Source of the DNA: Podarcis filfolensis
Taxonomy: Eukaryota
Assembly: GCA_964270895.1 (NCBI GenBank)
Contig: OZ185436.1
Strand: one strand, 5' to 3'
DNA: 64,000 nt
Shown: piece by piece, positions 23,938 to 37,039 of the stretch
How the letters are laid out: each line of letters starts with the position of its first letter
Position numbering within the stretch: the stretch's first letter is position 1
Translations under genes and position numbers: made by a program
The notes under the pieces: generated by a model
What the model saw: only the letters and a program-made list of their open reading frames with translations
What the model was told of the DNA's origin: nothing
The model's database searches: none

Positions 23938-25493
23938 CTAGAATAAAAAACAACAAAATACAGTGCTCACTAATGACTCATACCTAAGAAGATATCTGCT
24001 TAAATACTGCATACACCTGAACTGAAAAGCAGGGTACTGCTACAGCTAAAACAGCTTCCTCCACAGCGCAGCACAAGTATGACAAGGCCTACTTCCCTTG
24101 GTACCAAAAATATGCCAGCTGCAGAGAGGCACATGGGTCACTGATGTGTGAAAAGTTTCCTTTTCTTGGAGGCTAAGTCCCCTATTTGCCCATCTAACCC
24201 ACTAGTCTCAGGCAAAGATTTTGCACAGCACTTGAAACTGACACCTTTCTCTATGCAAGCATGTGCTTGACCAGTGAGCTATCAGTCCTTGCCCTAGGAA
24301 GGGCCTTTCTGTAAATGCAAGCTTGTGATCCTGGCCTTTGTATTTCCAAGACCTTAACAGCTCTTGGGTCCAGCTGATGGGAGTGTGTGTTGTAGCTACT
24401 ACTCCTCTAAATTCCCATTGGACCCTAAGGCCTCTTACATCAGCACTGCAACTTGTAATCTTGGGGATTTTTGCTGCTCCAGCATGTGTCATAGTAATAG
24501 CACGGCTGGCATAGGTTTAATATGGTAAAGTGCTAGTTCCAAACTACTGAAGCCAACCTGAGTCACGCAGTTCAGTTCATCCATGACCAACAGTCAACAA
24601 ATCACCTCAGAAATACAAGGCCATAAATGCCTACTGAATATTGTGATCAGTAGTCAGAACAGAGTATATAGCATTTAGCTGTGCAGATTTCAGCTAGTGT
24701 TAAAATTCTGATCTCCTAGTTAAAATAGCAATTACAATTAAATTTTCATGCACACTGTGGCCTGAGCCTATGTTCTGTCATGTAGACTGAGAAAATAAGG
24801 TTCAAAAAGGCTCTTGCAGTGCTGCACGGCAAGAGGGGTGAGGCCGTCCTGGAGCATGAATTCTGTACCATGCTCAAACCAGGTAACTACTGCATGTAAA
24901 CACAAAATGCAAACTTTCCCTCTTCAGAGGCTCCAATCGTATAGCAAAAGTAGACACAAAAAATGAGCTCTGAAGTCCAGGACTTCAAAGCATGCCGCTG
25001 CGCCTGCGCTGCCAGCAAGGGCTACAGCACTAGCTGTGTAGGTATTTGTACTGATCTGACAAAACAGCATTAAGCTTACAGTAAAGGTTATAAGCAACAA
25101 GTGCACTATTATTAGAAATACAATAGTCTTTACTGAAAAGAAGCCTACTTAGATGATCCAAACATATAAATGTGCAATTTTCAGGGCTATTTAAAACCAC
25201 ACTTGCTAGCTAGGCAAAAATGAACAAGTACGCTCAAGCGTTTGTGTTTTAAATGCCAAGTAAACTAGATTCTGAAATTGAAAGAACTCCATTGTCAAAG
25301 TGAGATTCAGTACTTGGGATCTTAGGAAAAGAGCACCCTGTTCCCCAAAGGGGCCAGCTATGCTACAGCTGATACTCTGAAGCCTTTTATGAATGTATAA
25401 AAGTGTCAAAGTCTTCAGTGGAAGAATGTGTCGGATCACTGAAGCCCAGTGCTGCTGTTTAGTTGAGAGAAGACACATGGCTGGAAATCTTAC

Positions 25494-25638
25494 CCGGACA
25501 GTGCCCTCTGAGCTAAGCTGCTTTCGTGGTTTCTCTGGTTCAGCCCGTCTCCCATCTGGATAGGCATGCAGGTACAGACACTTCCCCCCAAATGGGCAGG
25601 TCCCCTTACCCTGGTCAAAATACTTGCAGGCCTTCCTC
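25494..25638 (-). CDS. MKRN2: MKRN2 exon 7, C-terminal C3H zinc finger
   Basis: ctcag|G...CGG|gtaag; [48 protein letters not shown]; 145 nt. Confidence 0.97.
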
Positions 25639-26787
25639 CTGAGCATAGGAGAGAGAAAACACAAAACACAAGGGCATTCACTTATACCCTAAATCTCAAG
25701 GTGGCTCATGTTGCTAAAAACAAGAAAAAATAAAAGTAAACACAGGAGTGAAAACCCAAAGTAAAGGCACCTGAGGCACTTCAATGCAAGGGGTGGGGAG
25801 ATTGTCAGTGGCATTATTGCAGGCATCAAGTATTGCTTGCTTTACTGTAAGGTAAGAGGAAAGCAATTAAGCTGAAAGAGCTTGACTAATTTCCTTCAGG
25901 ACCCATCACTGACTCTCCCTCCGATTAGATTTGCATTGGTGACTCTGCTCAACAAAGCTTTAGGTGAATAGAATGCTTCTCCATCAATCTCTACTGGAGC
26001 AGAGCAGTGATGTACAGTCCCTGGCTATGACAGTCCCTGGGCAGATCAGATCGTCAGCCCTTTTGCAGCCACTCTTTCTCCCATGTATCTTCAGAGAAAT
26101 GAAGCTGGGTATGATATGGCAGTGGATGTGTGCATTTATTTCTGGTCCTGTTCTGACTGTAGTATACCAATGTGAGACTTCACTGGGAAGTGTACGGAGT
26201 GTTGTGGTAAAAGAGGCTTAGGACAACGTTAAGGAATTGTGATCTCTTTTGACCCAACGGCACACTTTAGTTTCTTACTAGAACAAAACGGAAGCAGGCA
26301 AAAATGTCAGACACATAGCTTCAGCCATAACTTATTGTATTATAGGAGACTTCTTTTCTTATTATAAAATCTTTAAGTAAAAATTGTAAGTAAAATTTGA
26401 CAATCTGAAGCCATACTGCCAATATCAGTATGTACATTTGAGCGTAACACAGTAACTTTAACCAGCTATTAAGTTCAACTGTTAAAATCCGAAGCAAGAA
26501 GGGGATAGATTCTTTCTGAGAGAAAAACCCACTCACAGAATCGGTTTTATTTAGGACAAAAAATTCTGTTCAGACATCATTTTACATTCTGAGTCACTTA
26601 GATAGGTCAACCATCCAAGCCTGTGATACCACAAAAGCATATTAACTGTACTTCCCATTAATCTGCATTAAGGAAGCACATTGTCCTAACTGAGAAAGGC
26701 AGCTTGCGACTTGCTTCAAATTATATTTAATAGGGCAGATCTTACTGCAATTTGAAAGTTCTATTTGGGTGCTTTAGTTGAGATTTG

Positions 26788-26860
26788 TGCAATGCAGGGG
26801 GCTGGACTAGATGACCCTTGGGTTCCCTTCCAACTCTACAATTCCATGATTCTGATTCTA
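26788..26860 (+). mobile_element. CR1 LINE 3' tail
   Basis: gcaatgcagggggctggactagatgacc...ttccaactctacaattccatgattctgattcta. Confidence 0.8.
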
Positions 26861-28799
26861 TAAAAGATGGTCAAAGGCAGAAAAGATTTCAGCTTGAGAC
26901 CATGTCAAAAATGCTAGTAACTTTGCTATTATGTATTTTTACCATTCCTCTCAATTCCTCTATCAAGACAAATCCAAAATGATTTTTTTGGGTGGATTTG
27001 TTCCATAAAAGAGCTGCAAAGTCAGGAGGTTTACTGCCAGGTGCTTTCCCTTCCTGCATATAGGTCCATTTTTGGAGCTGTCACGCTTAGATTTCCCACA
27101 GAAGTATATAATTTATAGCCTTTAGACACAAAACACCGAATCATAGGCTCAAGCTGCTTGTTCTGATCACCAGCTGCAGATTTCAGCTCTAGATGTATTA
27201 ATAGCACAGCCCCTGATGTGACTGATAAGCATAAACACTGCATAAATAAAGAGTAACACAATGTAAACAACAAAAGCTTTGCCTTTTGAGGCACACACAT
27301 CTCAGAGACCAACAGTGAAGGTCACAGAATGACACAGCTGGCATTTGGTTAATTACAACAAGCATTTAACCAAATGCTAGATAGATTAGTAAGATATGTA
27401 CACAATTCACTGTTGGCTCCCATAAAATGAACTATTCGCCACATGTGGGTTTTTGCTTTGTTTTGACAAATTTTAAGGGGACAGTTTGATCAAAATAGTG
27501 TGAGAAGGTTGAAAACATACTTTCATTCTAGATTTCATTCAGTTAAACACTGCACTTAAAAATGTTGTCCTGGCAAAGTAATGATTAGAAAAAGACTTCT
27601 TAAATTTCCTGATGTATTCCCCACCCCACCATGGGTAAAAAAATCAGGATCTTTAGCAATTTTAGAGAAAATGGATATTGAAATGATTTGTGGTCTGACC
27701 TTATTACCAAGTTACAGCCTAAATGCAAATAGTAAACAAGTCTTTTCAGATATTCTACTTCATTAACCTCAGAAATGAGGCCATAAATTTCTATATATGA
27801 GATTGAAGATTAATTCAACCCAAGGACTGCATTCTCCAAAAAGACACAGTAGCGAAGTCCCTGGCCAAGCTATCTGAGGCCTGAAGTGCGGCTCGATGGA
27901 ACTAATCATCAAGAGTCCCCACTTGAATTCAATATGACACACATTTTAAAAAAGAGAAAAGACGGCCTTTTCCGGATGCCAATACTCACTTTCATTTCAA
28001 GGGATAAAAAAGTGTGAGCCTAGCCAAGTGGAAGAATGCTAGTAAAACAAAAAACTAAACAGGGGTAGGTGGATCACTAGTGATCACTTGTAACTCGCAA
28101 AACTTGTATTATGGGACACTCAGCTTCTTGCATTTTTATCTTTTGGTGAAGGATGATATATAAACAGAACTAAATAAATAAATAAAATTCTTGTGCAAAG
28201 GCCATGGGTCAATTTGGGCATAAATGTTGCTCGATAATCCCAAACCAAAAGAATTGGGAATGTAGTGGGCTCACATGGCCTTTATTTCCATACCCCCATC
28301 TACATCTGCTCTGTTGGCAAACCAACTTTGCCTAGAAGACAGAATTGCAAATTGCAGAAACCAGTTTGCCTACAAACCAGAACTGAAGGACAGATGAAGA
28401 ACAGAAGGCCATAATGGGAGGATGGAGTGTATTAGCCTGGGTCGTCTTCATGCAAAGCAGGACTTGGCCTTTCATCTGAATCAAAGTACTAGCGTGCTAA
28501 AGGGTGAAAAAAATAGTACTATTTGGAGCAGTATAAACATGTTACCAAACTCTTAACCAACACATCCTGGAGTTATTTTTTTTGGGGGGGGGGGGGGGAG
28601 AAGGTATTTCATCCCACTGGTTGCCACCTTTATTATGTTTAATAGCCTGATAGATTCACAGAAACCATTTTAACTACAGAAGTATTCTGTATACTGCATA
28701 CTGCTCTAGACTGAGACAATAACACAATTAATATTATGTAATTGAACTCCTTCTCATCAAACAACTCTGGTCTCACATTATAATAATCATAATACTTAC

Positions 28800-28910
28800 C
28801 CCACTCCCTGCTTAAATGCTTCAATCAGCTCGTTCTTTTTAGTCTGATCTTCCACCCAATACACACTGGGAATTACAAACTCTGATATCACACGACATTC
28901 TGGACAGGAC
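28800..28910 (-). CDS. MKRN2: MKRN2 exon 6, end of RING
   Basis: tccaag|G...GG|gtaagt; [37 protein letters not shown]; 111 nt. Confidence 0.97.
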
Positions 28911-29377
28911 CTTGGATGAAATTTTAAAAGTATATGTGTAGTTTGCTGAGAAGAAGCAGTTTCATCCAATTCAAGAGCAACACCAAGCACTTCTGAAGTA
29001 CAACTCAGTAGCCTGCAGCCTGGAAGCCATATCTGGGGCCCAAAGTGATTTCTGGCAGCTCCCAAAGCTCCCCCAACCTTTAAAAAACTAACTTAAAAAC
29101 AAAGTTTTTTCTGAGGGTGGGGGAGCTTACAAAAAGAAAAGCGAGCAGGGCAGGAGGGGGCAGTGTTGAGCTCCAATCTCACACTGGGGTGAAAAGATGT
29201 TTCAACCTCTCCCCTTATCAGTGTGATGATGGGCTCCATCATGAGAGCTGATATGAGCAGAGATTTCAGATTCTCTGCTCAGATCAGTGTGGTAATTGGG
29301 ATGCAAATTTCTGTTTCTCAAAGCTGATGCACGTCACAGCAATTCAAAGCACAGTATTAAAAGGAGATGGCCTCATA

Positions 29378-29634
29378 GAAGAAGAAGAAGAAGAAAAAGA
29401 AGAGTTTGGATTTGATATCCCGCCTTTCACTCCCTTTAAGGAGTCTCAAAGCGGCTAACATTCTCCTTTCCCTTCCTCCCCCACAACAAACACTCTGTGA
29501 GGTGAGTGGGGCTGAGAGACTTCAAAGAAGTGTGACTGGCCCAAGGTCACCCAGCAGCTGCATGTGGAGGAGCGGAGACGCGAACCCGGTTCCCCAGATT
29601 ACGTGACTACGTGACTCTTAACCACTACACCACA
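29378..29634 (-). mobile_element. Squam3-type tRNA-derived SINE with (TTC)n tail
   Basis: Reverse strand tgtggtgtagtggttaagag head; (GAA)n on plus; 8-bp internal duplication tacgtgac x2; forward copy at 55122-55357. Confidence 0.85.
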
Positions 29635-30127
29635 CATACTCTACTCTTTTGCCTTCACCCCCACTTCCAGAGCTGATCCAGGCAAGATTCTTTCCCACCA
29701 TTTAATTTTTATCTGCATTCAATGACATGCTCAGTGGCTACAGTATGCTGAATGTTGGGACGGCCATAACAAAAAAATTCAGTCTTATCCAAGGAACCAA
29801 ATTTTTAAAATGCTAGGTTTCAGCATTTTCTGTACAAACACAAACAAATCTTCATTTTCTGAGGCTCATACTGAAGCCAACAAGATATTCTGTTCTCATC
29901 AATAACCCCCCTTACATATTCCATAATATCTTTTGGTTGTTGTTACAAATGGGGGTTTCCCCATCAATCGAAAAAATTCCTGTAACACTGCAATAACAAA
30001 AAACCGTAAGCAAAACTTTCCTTAGTCAATCCTCAGCTACACTACACCTCGTTTGAAGGTACAAAGGAAAGAAATAAGAAAAGTATTCCGCACTGTATTC
30101 TGAAAACGAAGGTTGTTAGGAACTTAC

Positions 30128-30342
30128 TTTATGATTGGATTCTCAAACTGCTTGACACCCCTCCACTGCCGGATACAGGACAAGCAGTATGTGTGATTGC
30201 AGTTGGAAAGGATTCCAAATCTTCTTTCGGATGCTGATGGTTTGTCATATACCACTTCCATGCAGATACTGCACACCTTGTCCTGACTTGCCTGAAAGGC
30301 AAAGGCCTTCTCCATCTCGTGTTCAAACGTAGCCATGCACAT
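30128..30342 (-). CDS. MKRN2: MKRN2 exon 5, C3HC4 RING
   Basis: atatag|ATG...AA|gtaagt; [71 protein letters not shown]; 215 nt. Confidence 0.98.
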
Positions 30343-33055
30343 CTATATATGTAAGAAAAGCCCAAAATATATATTTTTAAAGGAAGCAGAGGGAAGGGAT
30401 GCTACTATATGTTTCTGTCATGGAGCCACTACAATGTTCTGACAGTACAGTCCTAAACCTGTCAATTTAGAACTGGCAGAGCAATTCAAACCCCTCATAT
30501 GCCTTGCTGGGGGTTGTGCTGGGGGGGGGGAGGTTCCTTCCATCCAGTCCTGCCTGGCTCTGTCAGCCTCAGATGGTGGAGGAGCTCCACCAATGAGAAG
30601 CACTTGAATATGCCCACTTACACAGCAGGTGCAAGTTACTGCCAACAGCATCCCAGATGGCTACAGCTAGTGGGAGGGAGCAGGACTGGGCTGGCCCTGG
30701 ATCTACTAGATTCTGTGCAGACCTTGCTGTTGTCATTGTGATGGCAAATGAGTCAGATCTGGGCCTGTTCACAGCAGCCTGGGAGCTGGCACAGCAGAGG
30801 GATATTTTCTCTGCTTCCCCCTCCTGCCTCAAGCACCAGTCTGTGCTGGCATTGCTGCTCCATCAAGTCCCACTGCCACCTGCCAGGAACGTGGGATTGC
30901 AGCCTAAGTGCCATTAAATCAAGCTTTTTCTAGGGGTTCCACTGACCATCCAAAGCAGATTTGTGGAGGGAGAGTAGAGGAACAAAAGTTCCCTTGCTAG
31001 ATTGATACAAGTTTTCCTTGGTAATAAAACAAACATTAATTAAGAACCCCCTCACCAAAAACACAGTAGCTGCTTTGTTGTTGTTGTTTTAAAAAGAAGA
31101 ATATAAATACTAAACCAAACCAAACCCACCAGCGTAAAGACCTTGGACAGCCAAGGGACTGACATTAAGCTATAATTAAGCATGCAGCTGACCTTGGATT
31201 TAAAATGGCAACTGGATACAATTATGTGACAGTAGAATTTTACAGATGAGGCCCACACAATTTCAGACCCATTAAGCTTAATGAAGCCTACCAGCAACTA
31301 TGTAAATGCCCTATTTTCACAGAGCAGGAGGTGGGGGGGGGGGACTGTCAAGCACCTGGTGATCACATCACAGTGTACAGCTGGTGAGCTGAATTTGGCA
31401 TGATGGGTCACAAGTTGAACAGTCCTGATATATGAGAAGTTAACAGGATTTAATTTAATACTGATGAGTAATCTGTCTGAAGAGGGTGAGGGGTGGGAGA
31501 GGAAGTAGCTTTGGTTTTAACATGGGACAAAAGAGAAAGTGGGGTATGTTGGGCCAGGCCCAATGATCTCTGCCTGGAAAGAAGTGACATAGGATTCCGC
31601 GCCATTTGAGCACTGGGCTAACATAAAGATTGTCCATTGCCTTAGCACAGCATATTGCAGGAGAGCCATCAGGCAGGAAGGGTCAGGAAAAGAAGAATGG
31701 AACTACCGTAGTATTCAACTACTGCATCCCATCAGTGCAAGAATTAGTGCTTGTGCTACAGGGCATTTTCTCCCTCCATGCATGCACCACATTCTCCCCA
31801 AATCTGTTCCACAGGGTTGGGGGAACTCCTAGAAATGTTTAAGGGAATGTGGGGAGGGAGAGAGAGAAGAACATTCCACTGAAAAAGCAGAAATTATTGG
31901 GCTGATGGAATATCCACTTAGCATTATGTTGGATACAACCTGGTAAGTAAGGGCAGAGTGTGAAGGCTATGGTTTTGTATTATCAATCATTTTTAAGAAG
32001 AATGGAAGCAGTATAGGAAACATTCCCAGAAATGCAATGTATAGAATACAGTATGCAAGAACATTTATAGATACATTCTGCGTTAAATATTTGAGTTACT
32101 GAAACCAACTATATTATTCAAACGAAATACAAGACAATCCATTTAAAAGCATCAATCAAATCTAAAAATAACAGTACAACATTAGCACACCTATAAGAAG
32201 CTCAATGGAATTTCATTACTTCTAATCAGTTACACTTAAGAATTTAGCAGCAGGTTGAATTCTAAGGCTAGTTTCATGAGACTGGTGCATTCAACACCTA
32301 CTTTGGTTTTAGATTCTGATAATGCTACAATAGACATATTTTAATATAGCTGTGAAAATTATATTTCATGGCTTCACACACTGATTATACTGTATTTTAA
32401 GTATTATTTTCCAATGCAATTTTACATACTACTTTCTCCAGTAATTGACTCAAGTTATTAGTATTTTTTAAGCCACTTGATTACTCATGGAAGGTGACAA
32501 AAACATACTTGTAGATACCTTAAAATGAAGCTTACCAATAAACCAGAGGAAAATATGCTAGCAAAAATGTAAGACTACACTGACACAACAGCATTATCAT
32601 GGTTTCCTACTACAATAGTGAATCACATTATTAATCTACATGGAGTAAATTTAAAGAGGAAGCTTTCCAACTAACCACAGTCCCCCACAATGTCTGAACT
32701 TGGGGATCTGTGGCTTGTTCAAACTATGCCTAGCGAGACCAAGCCAGGATCTGGGGGAAAAAGTCAGCTGCAGCATAAACAAAACCACAGTCCACCAAGT
32801 TCAGATGACATAGGGAGCAGTGGTTAGTTTAAAACCAGAAGCCAGAGATTCCAGTCTACTTGATGAAGGCACGAAAGAGCAGAAGAGGGAACTTGAGACC
32901 TAGGCTCACTACAGCTCACTCTCATGGCAGGAAACCATAGATTCTAGCTAGATCTGTAGGAGGACACTAAAAACCAAAAAATAACATAGATCTACAAGAC
33001 GTTTCAAGAAATATAGTTTCAGGTTGAAATTAGTTTTCTTTTTAGTCATGTTTAC

Positions 33056-33366
33056 CTTTTCATGCATCTTTCTCTGTTCTGGGTCAAAGGGATGAAGTAC
33101 TTGCAAGCCACAGATTTCACACACTTGCCCATGGAGGTAGAGACATCTGTCACCAAACTGGCACATGCCAGCTGCTGCATAGGGACATAACTGTTCACCA
33201 TCTGCGTATGAACTTCCAGGTTCAGCATCATCATCTTCAAGCCCACTGCGGATAGCTTCCAAATATGAATGGGGCTTTGCTTCTAGAGCATCTGTTGGAA
33301 CACTGCAACATGCTGAATCACTCTGAGCGCTGCATCTCGTCCTTTCCTCATTTGAGCCACATAAAT
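33056..33366 (-). CDS. MKRN2: MKRN2 exon 4, C3H finger and makorin Cys-His motif
   Basis: cccaag|AT...AAG|gtaaac; ...KPHSYLEAIRSG...CPYAAAGMCQFGDRCLYLHGQVCEICGLQVLHPFDPEQRKMHEK; 311 nt. Confidence 0.97.
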
Positions 33367-34153
33367 CTTGGGAGAGGAGAAAATAGCATATGATCATGTG
33401 AAACAGAAGAGCTACGGTTAGCTGCTCATGAAATATCCCATCATAAGGTAATAAAGCAGCTGGCAGGCATTTCTAAATTGCAATTTAATTCAACTTGCCT
33501 CCACTAAACACAGGGAACCTACTTTCATCTTCAGATCGTAGAAAGCTTTATCATCTCCAGTCATGCACATTAATGACTCACACCCAATTCTTTCTGGAAC
33601 AAGCATCAGAAAAACATGCATCCAAAATTAAAGAATGGGTGAAAAATAATTGCAAATTTACAAAATGCCAGTCATGGCAGCAGGCACAGTGTGCATGAAG
33701 GGAGAGCCTGTAAGTTTCCAGGATCCTAGAGGTGAAGATTGAGTAGCTCTTGCCCTCCCTTCACAGCAACAGTCTCCCCAAGTGCAGTGCTGTATCTTTC
33801 TCCATACGAGTGAATGGCAGCCATGCACTGACATTGGAGAATGCAAAAGGGTGCACTCAGGAACATTATGGTGTGTGGGTGTGTGCACACGAAACCAACT
33901 TTTTAAACCTCAGCCATTAAGAATCAAGTCTGCTCCTATCTGCCAAGGTTGGGGCCTGTTTCTTGGTCACTGTAGGCCAGAGCTTTCCAAACTGTACATG
34001 GTGACATGTTAGTGTGTCAGCTGCAGTGTGTGAGTCTGTTTATGTAAGGACAAATGCTTGGAATCATTTAGGACCAAATAAAAAGCAGCAAATAAGCAAA
34101 ACAACCAAGTGTCAACAGCATTAGAAAAATCGGAAAAAAAACCCCACTCTTAC

Positions 34154-34332
34154 CTCTGTCTCTGAGCACTAATGTTTTCTTTTCACGTTTTCCAGGCTCA
34201 TGTACTTTACTTTTTGTTATAGGTGTATTTTGCTCCGGCTGAGTGTTAAGGCTGTAGAATGGTGGTGCAGAAGCGCAAAGTGTCCTAGTACTCACTATGG
34301 CACCTGATGCAGAAGGTCTAACATGATCATAT
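34154..34332 (-). CDS. MKRN2: MKRN2 exon 3
   Basis: cttaag|A...G|gtaaga; YDHVRPSASGAIVST...HEPGKREKKTLVLRDR; 179 nt. Confidence 0.95.
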
Positions 34333-34699
34333 CTTAAGAACAAATAAAAAAACCACAAATATTAACTGCGTAAGACATTTATTTCAATGCATTTGTGCTA
34401 GTACAATTACCCTACTGTGTAATTCTCAGGTTTGGGGGGATAGCCACCCTTGCAAAAAGGGACTTGTTTCAATAGGCAGGCTGTTTAAAGCAAGTGGGTT
34501 CTTAAGAATGAGTGTCACTTACTGCTTGGACGAATTCAGCAAAATCTACACTAAACATACAATGAGTATGAGTTACTGCACTTTTAACGTATTCACAGTA
34601 CCTTCCTATGCAAGAGTAAGTCCCACTGATTTCAATTAAGTGAGGGACAGGGTTGCAGTCTTCCAGCAGAATTCTACTCCTGACATTCAGAAGACATCT

Positions 34700-34842
34700 T
34701 AAGGCAGCCCTGTTCAGGGAAGTTTTTAACGTGTGATATTTTACTGTATTTTTGGTTTCTATGGAAGCCGCCCAGAGTGGCTGGGGAGGCCCAGCCAGAT
34801 GGGCGGGGTATAAATAATAAATTATTATTATTATTATTATTA
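34700..34842 (+). mobile_element. LINE (L2-type) 3' tail with (ATT)n
   Basis: aagccgcccagagtggctgggga...gatgggcggggtataaataataaaattattatt. Confidence 0.65.
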
Positions 34843-35429
34843 CTCAGAAGGAAGTCTTATTGAATTCAATGGGCCTTAGTGGGGTAAGGACTGCAGTCTA
34901 AATTGACTTTTTAATCTTTCTATAACATAACTAAAATCCCCTTAGGAGAGACTACATCCCTCATCTAGTTAAGCCCAGAAAGTACTCTTAAGAGTACATA
35001 GGATCCTAATCTTAGAGCTCTGCCGATTTCAAAAGAAACTTACTTCTACTTAATATTTAGGATTGCAGCATAAACATCCCAGTTCTATGCACTGAGTTCA
35101 ATGGTATATACACCTAAGAAAGTGTATATGGGATTGTAACTTTAGATCAACCAGCTGGGCTTCACACAATGCAAGCTTTAATCTTGCAAGCTTTTTTATA
35201 AAACAAGCAGCAGCACAGATTCTAAGAACTAACTGTCCAGCTGCAACCAGGTTATTGGGACATTAAGCTCTTCCTCTGATTTTAATAAAAATCTAGATAT
35301 TACAAACCAAATAGAAGCCAAGCCACAAGCTGTTCTTCAAGTCTAGAGCTTAGGAAATATCATTGGCATGACACTCCACCCCCCTGCAAAAAACCTGTAT
35401 GTTTTATTTTTAAAACAAGCAGCCCATAC

Positions 35430-35558
35430 CTGCAGCGAGTTCCATAGGCGCATTGGCCTTTCTGGTAGAATTTGCAGATAGTAGATGGTTTACTTGTAGA
35501 CAAATCATGTGAAAACAGGCACCTACTTCCTTCACGGCATACCCCTTGCATAAAATAC
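35430..35558 (-). CDS. MKRN2: MKRN2 exon 2, two C3H zinc fingers
   Basis: ctgcag|G...AG|gtatgg; [42 protein letters not shown]; 129 nt. Confidence 0.98.
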
Positions 35559-35801
35559 CTGCAGTGACAAAGAGAAAATACCAACAGATGACAGGCATTT
35601 AAACTATTTCTTGATGTTGTTCAGACATGACCAAAAATCAACCATCAAGCATTATGCATCAACTATAACATGCACCATAATGTGAAACCAGGAAAAGTGA
35701 GACAGAAATTAGGGCACAATTTCAAAAATGAAATGAACTTAGTAAAAGCATAAGTGATCAAGAAGTTGGAGCAACTCTTCTATAAGGAAAAATATTTAGG
35801 G

Positions 35802-35938
35802 CAGGCGTAGGCAACCTCGGCCCTCCAGATGTTTTGGGACTACAATTCCCATGATCCCTAGCTAACAGGACCAGTGGTCAGGTGTGATGGGAATTGTAGT
35901 CCCAAAAACATCTGGAGGACCGAGGTTGCCTATGCCTA
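35802..35938. mobile_element. hAT-like palindromic MITE with perfect 8-bp TSD
   Basis: TSD atttaggg at 35794-35801 and 35939-35946; long inverted arms caggcgtaggcaacctcgg...ccgaggttgcctatgcct. Confidence 0.9.
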
Positions 35939-36123
35939 ATTTAGGGCTTTTTTTGTTAGAAAAAAGGCAAGGAGGCAGAACCTCAGATGTGTATTGATTT
36001 TTACTGATTTGGGGAGCAGCTGCTCCCCTGCCTCCCCCTTGGCTACACCCATGTGGGCCACAGGAAGGAAAGAAGGTCGGGAAGGTGGCCATGGTTGGAA
36101 AACGTTTGGGAAACACAGGACAA

Positions 36124-36550
36124 GAGCATACAACACCAATCCTGGCATAACTATACTGGCTGCCAATTAGTTTCCAGGCCCAATTCAAAGTGCTGCTTTT
36201 GACCTATAAAGCCTTAAATGACTCAGGACTACAATACTTTAAGGACTGCCTCTCCCCATATGAACCAACCCAGACCCCGCTAAGACCCTTCTTTGTGTGC
36301 CTCCTTCACAAGAGGTCTGGAAAATCGCAACAGGAGAACAGGCATCGTTTGTGGAGTGCTCTCTCCACTATCATTATATAGCTTTAGGCACCAGGCAAAA
36401 CCTTTCTTCTGTAACAAGGCCTTTGACCTTTAATTATCTGTGTTCTTTTAGAAGTCGGGTGGGATGTTTTTAAACCATTTCTTTTTCCTCTTGGTTTTAA
36501 TGTATCTTTGGATTGCCCTGAGCGATATAAAGCAACTGACTAAATAAATA
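36124..36550 (+). mobile_element. L2 LINE 3' fragment
   Basis: Reads ...LYWLPISFQAQFKVLLLTYKALN... then decayed 3' end with taaataaata tail. Confidence 0.75.
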
Positions 36551-37039
36551 GCAGAAAATGCACTTGACAGAATATGTTCTTTTAAAAGGTTTACTTTTTT
36601 AAAAAATCACCAACAATTCTCTCTCTCTATTTGGGTAATACTAGAAACTGGCACATCCCATGAAGCTGAATCATAGGAGATTCAGAACATAAAATATCTG
36701 GAAATGCTTCTTTTCAGAGCATAGCTAAACTATGAAATGTCCTGCCACATAGCACGGTGAGGACCAGCAATCAGGGTCTTGAAGGTCAGCATCCCAGGCA
36801 GCATATGCCTCTGAATATCAATTGCCGGAATTCACAGGTGAGGAGAGCGCTGTTGTGCTCATATTATGGCTCCGTGTCTGCTTGCGCACTGTTGAGAACG
36901 AGATGCTGGACCAGAAAGGGCCACAGTTCTGATCCAACAGGGCTGCTCTTGGGTTCCTCCTCTTGCACAACTAAGTTTCTGTTTCTCTTCCCTACTGGGG
37001 CGCACTTCAGCTGCTCAAAAGCAAGCTAAATAAGTAGAC

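Noticed and set aside
25206-25493. Long C-terminal extension of the MKRN2 exon 7 ORF
   Set aside because: Read-through past a strong donor (CGG|gtaag); the true last exon is at 23794-23937.
27769-27912. Possible box C/D snoRNA on the minus strand in an MKRN2 intron
   Set aside because: Box C is imperfect (TTGATGA), no terminal stem, no rRNA complement recognised. An Infernal/snoscan run would settle it.
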